A DNA stretch of 60,110 nt from a bacterium (lineage in GTDB: Bacteria > Zhuqueibacterota > Zhuqueibacteria > Oceanimicrobiales > Oceanimicrobiaceae). The stretch is taken from contig JBHHYI010000003.1 in assembly GCA_046757525.1 (NCBI GenBank), forward strand, positions 1-60,110. The letters run 5' to 3'. Below the pieces are notes generated by a model. It made no database searches, was not told the origin of the DNA, and saw nothing but the letters and a program-made list of their open reading frames with translations. Numbering within the stretch: position 1 is the stretch's first letter; every line of letters begins with the position of its first letter. A program made the translations under genes and the position numbers. Shown here piece after piece: positions 52,774-60,110 of the stretch.

Positions 52774-54045
52774 ATGCAACAAATTATTGCTCTGGCAACA
52801 AAAGACCTGCGTCTCCTGCTGCGCGACAAAGCCGGCTTCTTCTTCACGTTTTTTTTCCCACTCATCTACGCCATCTTTTTTGGCTCGATTTTCTCCGGCA
52901 GCGGTGATGGCAACAGTGCCCTTTCTATTCTGGTCGTAGATCAAGACCAGACCGAACAATCCCAGCAATTCATCGCCACTTTGCAAGCTGCGCCGGAGCT
53001 CGAGGTTCGCGTAGCCAACCGGGAAGAGGCCGAGCAGCTCGTGCGACGCGGCCGCAGCGTCGCTTACGTGGTGCTGACAAAAGGCTTTGGAGAGGCGCGT
53101 CAGCGCGTGTTCTGGGGCGGACCTCCCAAGATTGAACTGGGTGTGGATCCGGCCCGCCGTGCTGAGGCCGGCATGCTGCAAGGGGTGTTGACCAAATACG
53201 CGGCTGAGGGGCTTCAAGACGTCTTCAAGAATCCCGCTAACCTGCACGACCAGGTGGAGCAAGCGTTGCAGGCCTTACAAAACGCAACCGACATGCCCGG
53301 CGAACGGCGCAGCAACCTGATGAGATTTCTCGGCGAGCTGGACGATTTCGTCACTAAAACGCCACCGGACAGCAGCAATGATTTTCAAGGTTTTCAGCCG
53401 TTAGCCATCGAAGAGGCAAAAGTGACTCCAGAAAGCAAAGGCCCCACCAACGCTTTTGCCATCTCCTTCCCCCAGGGCATCATCTGGGGCATCCTCGGTT
53501 GCGCCGCGGCCTTTGGGATTTCGTTCGTGACCGAAAGGAGCAAGGGCACGCTGGTGCGTTTGAGAATAGCGCCCATTAGCCGTGTTCAGATTTTGGCCGG
53601 CAAGGCGCTGGCCTGTTTCGTCACCACCGCGGCGATTTCAACCGTGCTCCTGGTCATCGCCAGGCTCGCGTTCGGTGTGCATCCCAATTCCGTGGTATTG
53701 CTCGCTCTCGCCGTATTTGCCGTCTCCATTGCCTTCGTCGGCATCATGATGTTTCTTTCCGTGGTGGGCAAAACCGAACGCTCAGCCTCCGGCATCGGGT
53801 GGGCGATTTTGTTGTTTATGGCCATGCTCGGCGGTGGCATGCTGCCGCTGTTCATCATGCCCGCCTGGATGCAGAGCGTCAGCCACATCAGCCCGGTCAA
53901 ATGGGCCATTCTGGCCCTGGAAGGCGCCATCTGGCGCAATTTCTCACTGGCAGAAATGCTGCTGCCGTGCGGAATTCTCACGACCGTTGGTTTCGTGTTT
54001 TTCACCGTCGGTGTCCGCGCCTTTCGCTGGACCGAACAAGGGTGA
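52774..54045 (+). CDS. ABC-2 type transporter permease
   Basis: The ATG at 52774 is 2 nt after the ATPase stop. There is an N-terminal TM, a large periplasmic loop, then 5 C-terminal TMs, as in ABC-2 exporters. Confidence 0.8.
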   Translation: MQQIIALATKDLRLLLRDKAGFFFTFFFPLIYAIFFGSIFSGSGDGNSALSILVVDQDQTEQSQQFIATLQAAPELEVRVANREEAEQLVRRGRSVAYVVLTKGFGEARQRVFWGGPPKIELGVDPARRAEAGMLQGVLTKYAAEGLQDVFKNPANLHDQVEQALQALQNATDMPGERRSNLMRFLGELDDFVTKTPPDSSNDFQGFQPLAIEEAKVTPESKGPTNAFAISFPQGIIWGILGCAAAFGISFVTERSKGTLVRLRIAPISRVQILAGKALACFVTTAAISTVLLVIARLAFGVHPNSVVLLALAVFAVSIAFVGIMMFLSVVGKTERSASGIGWAILLFMAMLGGGMLPLFIMPAWMQSVSHISPVKWAILALEGAIWRNFSLAEMLLPCGILTTVGFVFFTVGVRAFRWTEQG

Positions 54046-54070
54046 CGGCTGGGGCAAGGATACTTTTTAG

Positions 54071-54097
54071 ACAGGATTTACAGGATGGACAGGATAA
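54071..54097. repeat. Three 9-bp tandem units ACAGGATNN
   Basis: ACAGGATTT ACAGGATGG ACAGGATAA, in the intergenic region after the ABC-2 permease. Confidence 0.6.
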
Positions 54098-54214
54098 GAA
54101 TTAAGACCTGAAATATTCCTGCCGTAAAACCAAAGCAGGTGGGCCGAGGTGCGAAGCTTAAGGCACATGACTGTCACCGCATCGGCTTGATTGTTTGGTT
54201 AGGTGCCGCTTCTG

Positions 54215-54592
54215 TTATTGGTTGACATACGGATAGATTTCATCAGCAATCCAATAGTTCGTGACGATAATCGCCAACACCATACCCATGAGCCACACCC
54301 ACCTCCGACCGCGACGCCACGCAGTTCGGAAGGATGAAAACTGCAAAGGAACGTCCACAAGATATGCAGCGGAATAGCAGATATTGGCCACTACCCCAAG
54401 GACCACGAGCAATAGGAACGAATTGACATTCAAGGCCGCGCGGAAATGCGGCCAGGTCAGCACAAACCACGCGACAACTACCACCACAAGCACAAGGTTA
54501 TATGGGATGCGGCGCTTTTCCCAATATCGGATCGCTTCAGCGAAACTCTCGCGTAACAGGCTTGGATGCGGTCTATTCGTTTGATTTTTCAA
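54215..54592 (-). CDS. Small membrane protein (3-4 TM), unknown function
   Basis: Hydrophobic helices; its own promoter region contains the shared palindrome. Confidence 0.45.
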   Translation of the reverse strand: MKNQTNRPHPSLLRESFAEAIRYWEKRRIPYNLVLVVVVVAWFVLTWPHFRAALNVNSFLLLVVLGVVANICYSAAYLVDVPLQFSSFRTAWRRGRRWVWLMGMVLAIIVTNYWIADEIYPYVNQ

Positions 54593-54641
54593 CGTCTTTC
54601 TCTTGTTTTTGTGATCGTTGACTCAGTCTTCAATGACGACA

Positions 54642-54658
54642 ACTTTGCGCTGCAAAGT
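54642..54658. promoter_or_regulatory. Palindromic operator candidate ACTTTGC-gct-GCAAAGT
   Basis: Lies 50 nt upstream of the start at 54592 and just downstream of the GNAT-operon terminator. The same half-sites occur at 57062-57078. Confidence 0.45.
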
Positions 54659-54666
54659 CCTCGCGC

Positions 54667-54706
54667 AAAAAAATACGAATCTAAATTAGTGTTGCCAGCA
54701 GATTCG
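54667..54706 (-). terminator. Rho-independent terminator after the GNAT gene
   Basis: The minus strand reads CGAATCT-(17 nt)-AGATTCG followed by TATTTTTTT. Confidence 0.55.
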
Positions 54707-54773
54707 TTTAACTTGCCGATTCGCCTTGCGCAGGTCTTGCACCAGCGATAGTGCCTGCCAGGACGTACCGGCA

Positions 54774-55547
54774 TCAGGTTGCTTGACGCCGTGCTGGTTC
54801 CGGAATGGGCACCCCGATGACGTAGTGACAATCGTGGCGGCTGAGGGTGAATCCGAGCTTTTGCGCCACCCGCAGGCTCGCGGTGTTGTCCGGCGAAGTT
54901 TGCCAGCTTGGCCGTCGACCTCTGCTTTGGATATCGGCGCAGAGCGCGCCGGCGCAGGCCCCGCTCAGCCCCAGGCCGCGAAACTCTGGCTCTGTAACGA
55001 CAGCGATGTCTTCGTACCGCACGCCTACGTAGAAAGTGCAAGCCACCGAGACCAGTCGGCCGTCTGCAAACGCACCCCAGGCATGACCACTCGAGGCCAA
55101 ACCCGCGGGCCCGCCCCAGGTCTTGCAAATCCAGGCCACCTCCGGACTGAGTCCCCAGAGGTGGCAGGTGTCGCCGGATTCGATTTGACGAACCTTCGCA
55201 GTGCGCGGCAGCGAGAAACTTGGCTTTCCCGGCAACTCCATGATCACCCGATGCCACACTTTCAACTCTGGAAAAGCGGCTTTGAGGAGGGGCACAAATG
55301 GTTCTGGCGCTTCCACGAAACCGGCGATCCGATCCTTCAGATCGACGGGTGTCAGAACCTCTGCCTCACCAGCCAGGGAGTAGTTTCCGGCGCTATCCAC
55401 CAGCACCGCTCTGGGATTGGGCCAGCGGTCAACAAAACAAGCACCGTTTCCGGTCTGGATGACGTGCAGCCCAACAAGTGGGCCCGGCCGGTCCGGGACG
55501 AACCACTCCTCAAGAGTTGCCGTTTGACTTGTATTGATCTGCATCAT
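54774..55547 (-). CDS. GNAT-family N-acetyltransferase (two-domain)
   Basis: The C-terminal acetyl-CoA-binding region VVTEPEFRGLGLSGACAGALCADIQSRG .. NTASLRVAQKLGF. Confidence 0.65.
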   Translation of the reverse strand: MMQINTSQTATLEEWFVPDRPGPLVGLHVIQTGNGACFVDRWPNPRAVLVDSAGNYSLAGEAEVLTPVDLKDRIAGFVEAPEPFVPLLKAAFPELKVWHRVIMELPGKPSFSLPRTAKVRQIESGDTCHLWGLSPEVAWICKTWGGPAGLASSGHAWGAFADGRLVSVACTFYVGVRYEDIAVVTEPEFRGLGLSGACAGALCADIQSRGRRPSWQTSPDNTASLRVAQKLGFTLSRHDCHYVIGVPIPEPARRQAT

Positions 55548-55560
55548 GCCGTCAAATCCT

Positions 55561-55941
55561 TCAAGCCCGTGCCGGACTAACCGAAAACAGAGGTTCGGAG
55601 ACTTTCTCTTCTCTATTTGAGATGGCCTCCGCCGCCTGTTTCAGGACCTCTTCTAACGCTTTGAGATATTCGACAAATTGTGCACGCCCGGAATCCGTTA
55701 GAGAAATCGTTGTTTGCGGTTTATTGCCGACAAAATACTTTTTGACGTCGATCACGCCGGCGTCTTGCAGGGTTTTCAGATGGCTGCTCAAATTGCCGAA
55801 CGTGAGCCCGCATTCTTCTTTTAGCTCGTTAAAGGTTAAGCCGCCTGCTGCAGCACTGAGGGCAGAAAGAATGGCCAACCTGCTGGGCTCGTGAAAGATT
55901 CGTTTCAAACCGGCATACAAGTTTTCTTTTTCAGGGGACAT
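55561..55941 (-). CDS. Winged-helix transcriptional regulator (ArsR/HTH_45-like)
   Basis: HEPSRLAILSALSAAAGGLTFNELKEECGLTFGNLSSHLKTLQDAGVIDVKK. Confidence 0.7.
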   Translation of the reverse strand: MSPEKENLYAGLKRIFHEPSRLAILSALSAAAGGLTFNELKEECGLTFGNLSSHLKTLQDAGVIDVKKYFVGNKPQTTISLTDSGRAQFVEYLKALEEVLKQAAEAISNREEKVSEPLFSVSPARA

Positions 55942-56563
55942 AACGGTTATCCTTCATCTTTAACAAATAATTCAAAAGACCCTCATCCTGCAAAATCAGG
56001 GCGCCCAGCCATTCGCCGAAAAAAAAGGCTGTGCCCATGGGCCACGGGTTTAGAAAGGAGGTGTTCGGGGTTAGCAGGTAGCCCGCGCCAAAACAGACGT
56101 AATACGCGCCTGTAACCCAATAGGCTCTCGGCAATACCTGCCGCGAGGCGAGACTCGCCAGACCGTACAAACACATCCACACGCCGAACAGCAACTGCAC
56201 TTGCTCAACCCTGATCAAAATTAGAGTTAAGACCCCGCCCACAAACAGCGCCGGAAAGGCCTCCAACGTCGGTCTGAGCTTGCGAAAGTCGCGTTTTACC
56301 ACCGGGTCAAAGAGAAACCAGTGGAACAAAGCGCCATAGTTCAAAACAAAGCCTATGCTGAACACGGCGCCCCAGCCGTAAATGTGTGCCTCCACCGTTT
56401 TGGGGTAAATGGCAGAAGACATCACGGCGGCGGCAAAAAGTGCAACCGTACCAGAGAGCGCTCGCGCCCTGCCGGAGTACCCTTTGAAGCGCTGCTTGTC
56501 CAGAATCTTCCTCTGCAACTCCCGAACCTGGGCCAGCGCCTCGTGAATGTGACTGGCGATCAT
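55931..56563 (-). CDS. Membrane protein (about 6 TM), unknown function
   Basis: Hydrophobic helices; its stop overlaps the regulator start by 11 nt. Confidence 0.5.
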   Translation of the reverse strand: MIASHIHEALAQVRELQRKILDKQRFKGYSGRARALSGTVALFAAAVMSSAIYPKTVEAHIYGWGAVFSIGFVLNYGALFHWFLFDPVVKRDFRKLRPTLEAFPALFVGGVLTLILIRVEQVQLLFGVWMCLYGLASLASRQVLPRAYWVTGAYYVCFGAGYLLTPNTSFLNPWPMGTAFFFGEWLGALILQDEGLLNYLLKMKDNRYVP

Positions 56564-56581
56564 AGCGTTCCTCAGCCTTGC

Positions 56582-56974
56582 TCAAGCGTGCACAGAGTTG
56601 GGTCGCCGGTTCCACAAATGCAAAATCGTTAGACCACCCTGAGCCACCAAAGCCAAATCAACCATGACGATCCAGTATTCAAAATCGCCAGTGACCACAC
56701 CCATATGAAACGTCCAGACCGCTCCCGCAGCACCTATGACCATGAGACCCATGGCGCCCACCAACAGCAGCCAATCGCTCGTGAAACCTGTCATTTTGGA
56801 TTGGCTGTTTAACCAGGAGAAAACGCCGGTACCCACGACGAAAAGACAGATCAACACCTTAGTGGCAATCCACAGAAATGGACCTTCGTAATCTACTAAC
56901 AGGCTGTGCCCACCAATCAAGATCGCAAAAATTGTGGTGAACCCAGCGGCCAACAACATCAGATACTTTAACAT
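56582..56974 (-). CDS. Membrane protein (4 TM), unknown function
   Basis: Hydrophobic helices; first gene of the unit that contains the winged-helix regulator. Confidence 0.5.
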   Translation of the reverse strand: MLKYLMLLAAGFTTIFAILIGGHSLLVDYEGPFLWIATKVLICLFVVGTGVFSWLNSQSKMTGFTSDWLLLVGAMGLMVIGAAGAVWTFHMGVVTGDFEYWIVMVDLALVAQGGLTILHLWNRRPNSVHA

Positions 56975-57061
56975 TTGCAGCCTCCGCGCATTTGGTTCTG
57001 TATAACAAACTCAACATTAGTTGTCGGACATTTCATTACAGAATATACGATATTAAAAAGT

Positions 57062-57078
57062 ACTTTGCAATGCAAAGT
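57062..57078. promoter_or_regulatory. Palindromic operator candidate ACTTTGC-aat-GCAAAGT
   Basis: Lies 88 nt upstream of the start at 56974 and has the same half-sites as 54642-54658. An alternative reading is a terminator hairpin for the DUF5916 gene, because a T-run follows on the minus strand. Confidence 0.4.
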
Positions 57079-57120
57079 TTCAAAACCTGGATTTTTTTGA
57101 CGCCTGCATGTTCCAATCGC

Positions 57121-59373
57121 TCAATTCAGCAAATCGAACAGACGGCTGTACTTGATGATGAAGCTGCGGTTTTGAATGTCGAAGGCGTTATCGAAAGTGT
57201 CGCGGGTTTCGTTGAACACCACAAACAGTCCCGTGTTGGCGGTTTGCAACCAGCCGAAGCGCAGGTTGGTAGACCAGACATCGTCGCGGTCATTGTATTG
57301 CAGCAACCCCTGCACAAACAGCCTGGGGGAAAACGAATAGGAAATGCGCGCTCGAAAAAGATTGGTGACAAAGCTGCCCACAGGCAAGTCGATATCGTTT
57401 CGACTCAAACTCAGCTCTGTGTTGAACCTTTCTCGCAGTCGTAGACGCAACGCAGGACTCAGAGCAACCCGGTCGCCACCGAAAAAGCCACCGATGTTGG
57501 CAAAAACTCGGAAACTCCACCAGGCGCCACGATTGGTGAAAGCCACAATTTGTGCCTCAACGTGGTCGTAGGTACCGGCTGGCACCGCGATGCCAGGAAA
57601 TATTTCAAACGGCTCCGTGACCCCTTCGCGGGTAAAATTAATGCCTGTGTGAATCTCGTAGCCATTTTTCCATTCCCAATGATTGTCGATGTGCAAAAAG
57701 CCGGTCTCCTGAAAGCCCCGAAAATTCCAGAAGCCGCGGTAGGAGACGTGGGGCCGCAATTCATGCAAGCCTAAAAAGTGATTGGGCCGGTAGCGGTGAA
57801 ATATGAGAAACTCTGGTCTCCGAAATCCTCTCCGGCGTAAGAATCCGACTTCAGGGTTGAAATTGTCTGCCACTTCGGTGTAGGTTGCCAACAGCAGCCA
57901 GGCTTGCGAATTGTACGAAGAACTGACTTGAAAGGCATATTCATCGCCATCGAGGCCGGGTGTGACCGTGCGTGCACCATAGCCAGAGATTTGACCAAAT
58001 TTGCCAATGCCCAAACGACCATCCACAGCGAAGGTGCGATTATAATCGTCCTCCTGCGCCAGGTCACCTGTGGCCTGGCGGTTGACCAGAAGCGCCCCAA
58101 TGGCCGACCGGTTGGGCAGCTCTTTGTTGATGCGAACCACGGTAAAATTGTTGGCGGGAATGGAATCCGCCGCCATTGATTCAGTTTGCATATTCAGCAG
58201 TCCCACATTCAAGCCGGACAGCTTGCCTGAAACGCGCGCACCCGCCACGATCGGCACGGTGCCGCCCGTCTCCGAGATGCCGATTTGGCGACTGAAAAAC
58301 ATCTCTACTTCCCCGGGACTACCCACTGAAAAAAAGCCTGCGTTCTCCAAAAAAAAGGGGCGTTTCTCTGGAAAAAACAAATTAAACCGGTTGAGGTTGA
58401 TTTGCTGCTCATCCACCTCTACCTGGGCAAAGTCTGTGTTGTAGGTGGCATCCAAAGTGAGGCTGGGGGTAAGGCTGTATTTGATGTCGAACCCTGCGTC
58501 GCCATCCCACGCCGTATCTTGCTGCTCCGAAAAATCACGAGCACCTTCACCCAGGGCGTAAGGCATCACCTTTAAATTCTTTTGACTGAGAATCTGCAAG
58601 CCAGTCAGGGTACCGGCTAAAGAGACGCGGTTCAAATTGTACTGTCGCGGCAGCCTTGCCCAGTAGGCTGTCTCCTTGCGCCGGCGAATGTTGCGTTGAA
58701 AATTGATGCCCCAGACCTGATTCTTGCCTTTGCCAAAGCGGAGCGTACGAAACGGAATGGCAAACTCTGCACTCCAGCCAATCCTCGATATTCTCGTCCG
58801 CACCTCCCAGGAACCGTCCCAATTGAGATTGAACCCGCCGCCAGAACCGCCACGCTGGCGTCCCCTGCCGAAACTCCCGCGCCCCTCGTTGGTCACCTGC
58901 GCGTCGTATTCAATGCCAGCAGGATTGGTGCCAAACACAAAGCCGTTCTGCTTGTCGTGGTAGGTGTCGAGGATGACTTGAAAGCTATCGGTATCGTTGA
59001 GAGAGGCATCCCGGCGACTGTCGGAGACGATGATGCGATCAGGTTGGTCGTCGTAACATACTACACCCAGAAACAAAGTGTGAGCCGTGTAAACGACGCG
59101 GACCTCTGTTTTTTCGGTGGCTGGCTCGCCTTCGTCTGGCGTGGTCTGGTAGAAACCTGTGACAGGAGTCGCCTTTTGCCAAACCTCATCATGCAAGACT
59201 TCACCGTCCAAATCGGGTGGCGTTTCTACGTGCAGAGCCTCCGCTATAAAACCAACCTCGCTTAAATCGGCGTGAGAAGAGTCGCCCGCTGCGGTTTCAG
59301 CTTGCAAAAGAGTCGATTCGGATAAAAGCAAAATTAGGAAAAGGTGGATTAGAACGAACTTGAACTGAAGCAA
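57121..59373 (-). CDS. CBM9-like plus DUF5916 outer-membrane protein
   Basis: PPDLDGEVLHDEVWQKATPVTGFYQTTPDEGEPATEKTEVRVVYTAHTLFLGVVCYD is the CBM9-like N-terminus, followed by a long beta-rich region. The TTG at 59373 lies 6 nt after the GGGAGG RBS and gives the signal peptide LQFKFVLIHLFLILLL. It is preferred over the 59484 start. Confidence 0.7.
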   Translation of the reverse strand: MLQFKFVLIHLFLILLLSESTLLQAETAAGDSSHADLSEVGFIAEALHVETPPDLDGEVLHDEVWQKATPVTGFYQTTPDEGEPATEKTEVRVVYTAHTLFLGVVCYDDQPDRIIVSDSRRDASLNDTDSFQVILDTYHDKQNGFVFGTNPAGIEYDAQVTNEGRGSFGRGRQRGGSGGGFNLNWDGSWEVRTRISRIGWSAEFAIPFRTLRFGKGKNQVWGINFQRNIRRRKETAYWARLPRQYNLNRVSLAGTLTGLQILSQKNLKVMPYALGEGARDFSEQQDTAWDGDAGFDIKYSLTPSLTLDATYNTDFAQVEVDEQQINLNRFNLFFPEKRPFFLENAGFFSVGSPGEVEMFFSRQIGISETGGTVPIVAGARVSGKLSGLNVGLLNMQTESMAADSIPANNFTVVRINKELPNRSAIGALLVNRQATGDLAQEDDYNRTFAVDGRLGIGKFGQISGYGARTVTPGLDGDEYAFQVSSSYNSQAWLLLATYTEVADNFNPEVGFLRRRGFRRPEFLIFHRYRPNHFLGLHELRPHVSYRGFWNFRGFQETGFLHIDNHWEWKNGYEIHTGINFTREGVTEPFEIFPGIAVPAGTYDHVEAQIVAFTNRGAWWSFRVFANIGGFFGGDRVALSPALRLRLRERFNTELSLSRNDIDLPVGSFVTNLFRARISYSFSPRLFVQGLLQYNDRDDVWSTNLRFGWLQTANTGLFVVFNETRDTFDNAFDIQNRSFIIKYSRLFDLLN

Positions 59374-59580
59374 CAGATTCCTCCCTTTAGACAAAACTAA
59401 TCCGGGCGCAATATTTGAGGGTTGAACACCGAAATTTCGGAATGCGGTTTCATAGAATAAACAATTTCCAAATATATTTTTCAACCAAAATCTTACCTTA
59501 CAACGTTTTCAGGAAAACTTAAGTTGAATTTTGCTGCGGGTCTTTTAAATTAAGATTTGTAAGCAGGAGGACTCAAACCC

Positions 59581-60110
59581 ATGCGCATCCTGGTGGTGGA
59601 AGACGAAACCAAAGTCGCCCAGGCCCTGAAGAAGGGGCTGGAATCCGAGCACTACCAGGTCACCCTGGCCACCTCAGGCGAAGAGGGGTTTTACCTGATC
59701 AACACCGGGACCTTCGATCTGATCATTCTGGATTTGATGCTGCCGGGTCGGGATGGTCTGGAGATTCTCAGCACGCTGCGAAAACGCGGCGTGCAGACGC
59801 CGGTCCTCATTCTCACCGCCCGGGATGCGGTGGAAGACCGGGTGGCCGGGCTGGACACCGGGGCCGACGACTATCTGATCAAACCCTTCGCCTTTCCTGA
59901 ACTTCTGGCACGCATCCGCGCGCTGCTGAGGCGGGGCCGCCCGGACCAGGTTCTGAGACTCCGTGTGGCGGACCTGGAAATGGACCTCGTGACACGAAAA
60001 GTAAGCCGCCGCGGAACCGTCCTGCAATTGACCGCCAGAGAGTACGAGCTGCTGGAATACCTCATGCGCCACCAGCGACAGGTGGTGTCTCGAGAGATGC
60101 TGGCGCGCGA
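59581..60110 (+). CDS. OmpR-family response regulator (CusR/CopR-like), 3' end outside the window
   Basis: AGGAGG RBS, then MRILVVEDE..DLIILDLMLPGRDG..PVLILTARD..GADDYLIKPF..LTAREYELLEYL. There is no stop before the window end, so it is absent from the ORF track. The antisense ORF 59674-60072 is spurious. Confidence 0.9.
   Translation, partial: MRILVVEDETKVAQALKKGLESEHYQVTLATSGEEGFYLINTGTFDLIILDLMLPGRDGLEILSTLRKRGVQTPVLILTARDAVEDRVAGLDTGADDYLIKPFAFPELLARIRALLRRGRPDQVLRLRVADLEMDLVTRKVSRRGTVLQLTAREYELLEYLMRHQRQVVSREMLAR

Overview
60.1-kb chromosomal segment (about 50% GC, with several low-GC islets) holding about 60 protein-coding genes. I saw no rRNA, tRNA, CRISPR array, transposase or integrase. 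Gene content points to an FCB-superphylum bacterium: T9SS-style C-terminal sorting domains, a SusC-like TonB-dependent transducer with a DUF4249 lipoprotein, ECF sigma/FecR, and b558-type sdhCAB.

Gene content from left to right:
- Housekeeping block: thiL, yjbQ, a serine protease, a ferredoxin, a membrane-bound AlkP-family enzyme and a DJ-1 protein.
- Two small type II toxin-antitoxin pairs and an orphan nucleotidyltransferase.
- A BNR propeller protein and sdhCAB.
- An ECF-sigma/FecR/TonB-dependent-transducer module, interrupted downstream by a DUF559 cassette.
- pdxH, DUF3047 and small membrane proteins.
- An Omp85-family barrel plus a large lipoprotein.
- Divergent from that pair, a roughly 10-kb operon in which an ExbB/ExbD/ExbD/TonB-like/TPR motor set is interleaved with cohesin-, dockerin- and VWA-domain surface proteins.
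- A sigma-54-type activator with a SpoIIE phosphatase and an anti-sigma kinase.
- SDR, HAD and arginase-family enzymes and an ABC-2 exporter.
- A winged-helix regulator with membrane proteins and a GNAT.
- A CBM9/DUF5916 outer-membrane protein and a 3'-truncated OmpR-family response regulator.

Most interesting signals:
- The motor-plus-adhesin operon, which has a sigma-54-like promoter.
- A 17-bp palindrome repeated in front of two units around the winged-helix regulator.
- An activator whose GAFTGA loop reads GVATGV.
- Four separate gene-decay scars: an NfeD/SPFH fusion, a GH38 stub, a livG/livF junction stub, and a PIN-like toxin split by a structured insertion.
- A candidate small RNA between two terminators.

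All domain calls rest on motif recognition by eye, with no database search, and start codons were refined manually from the ORF track.
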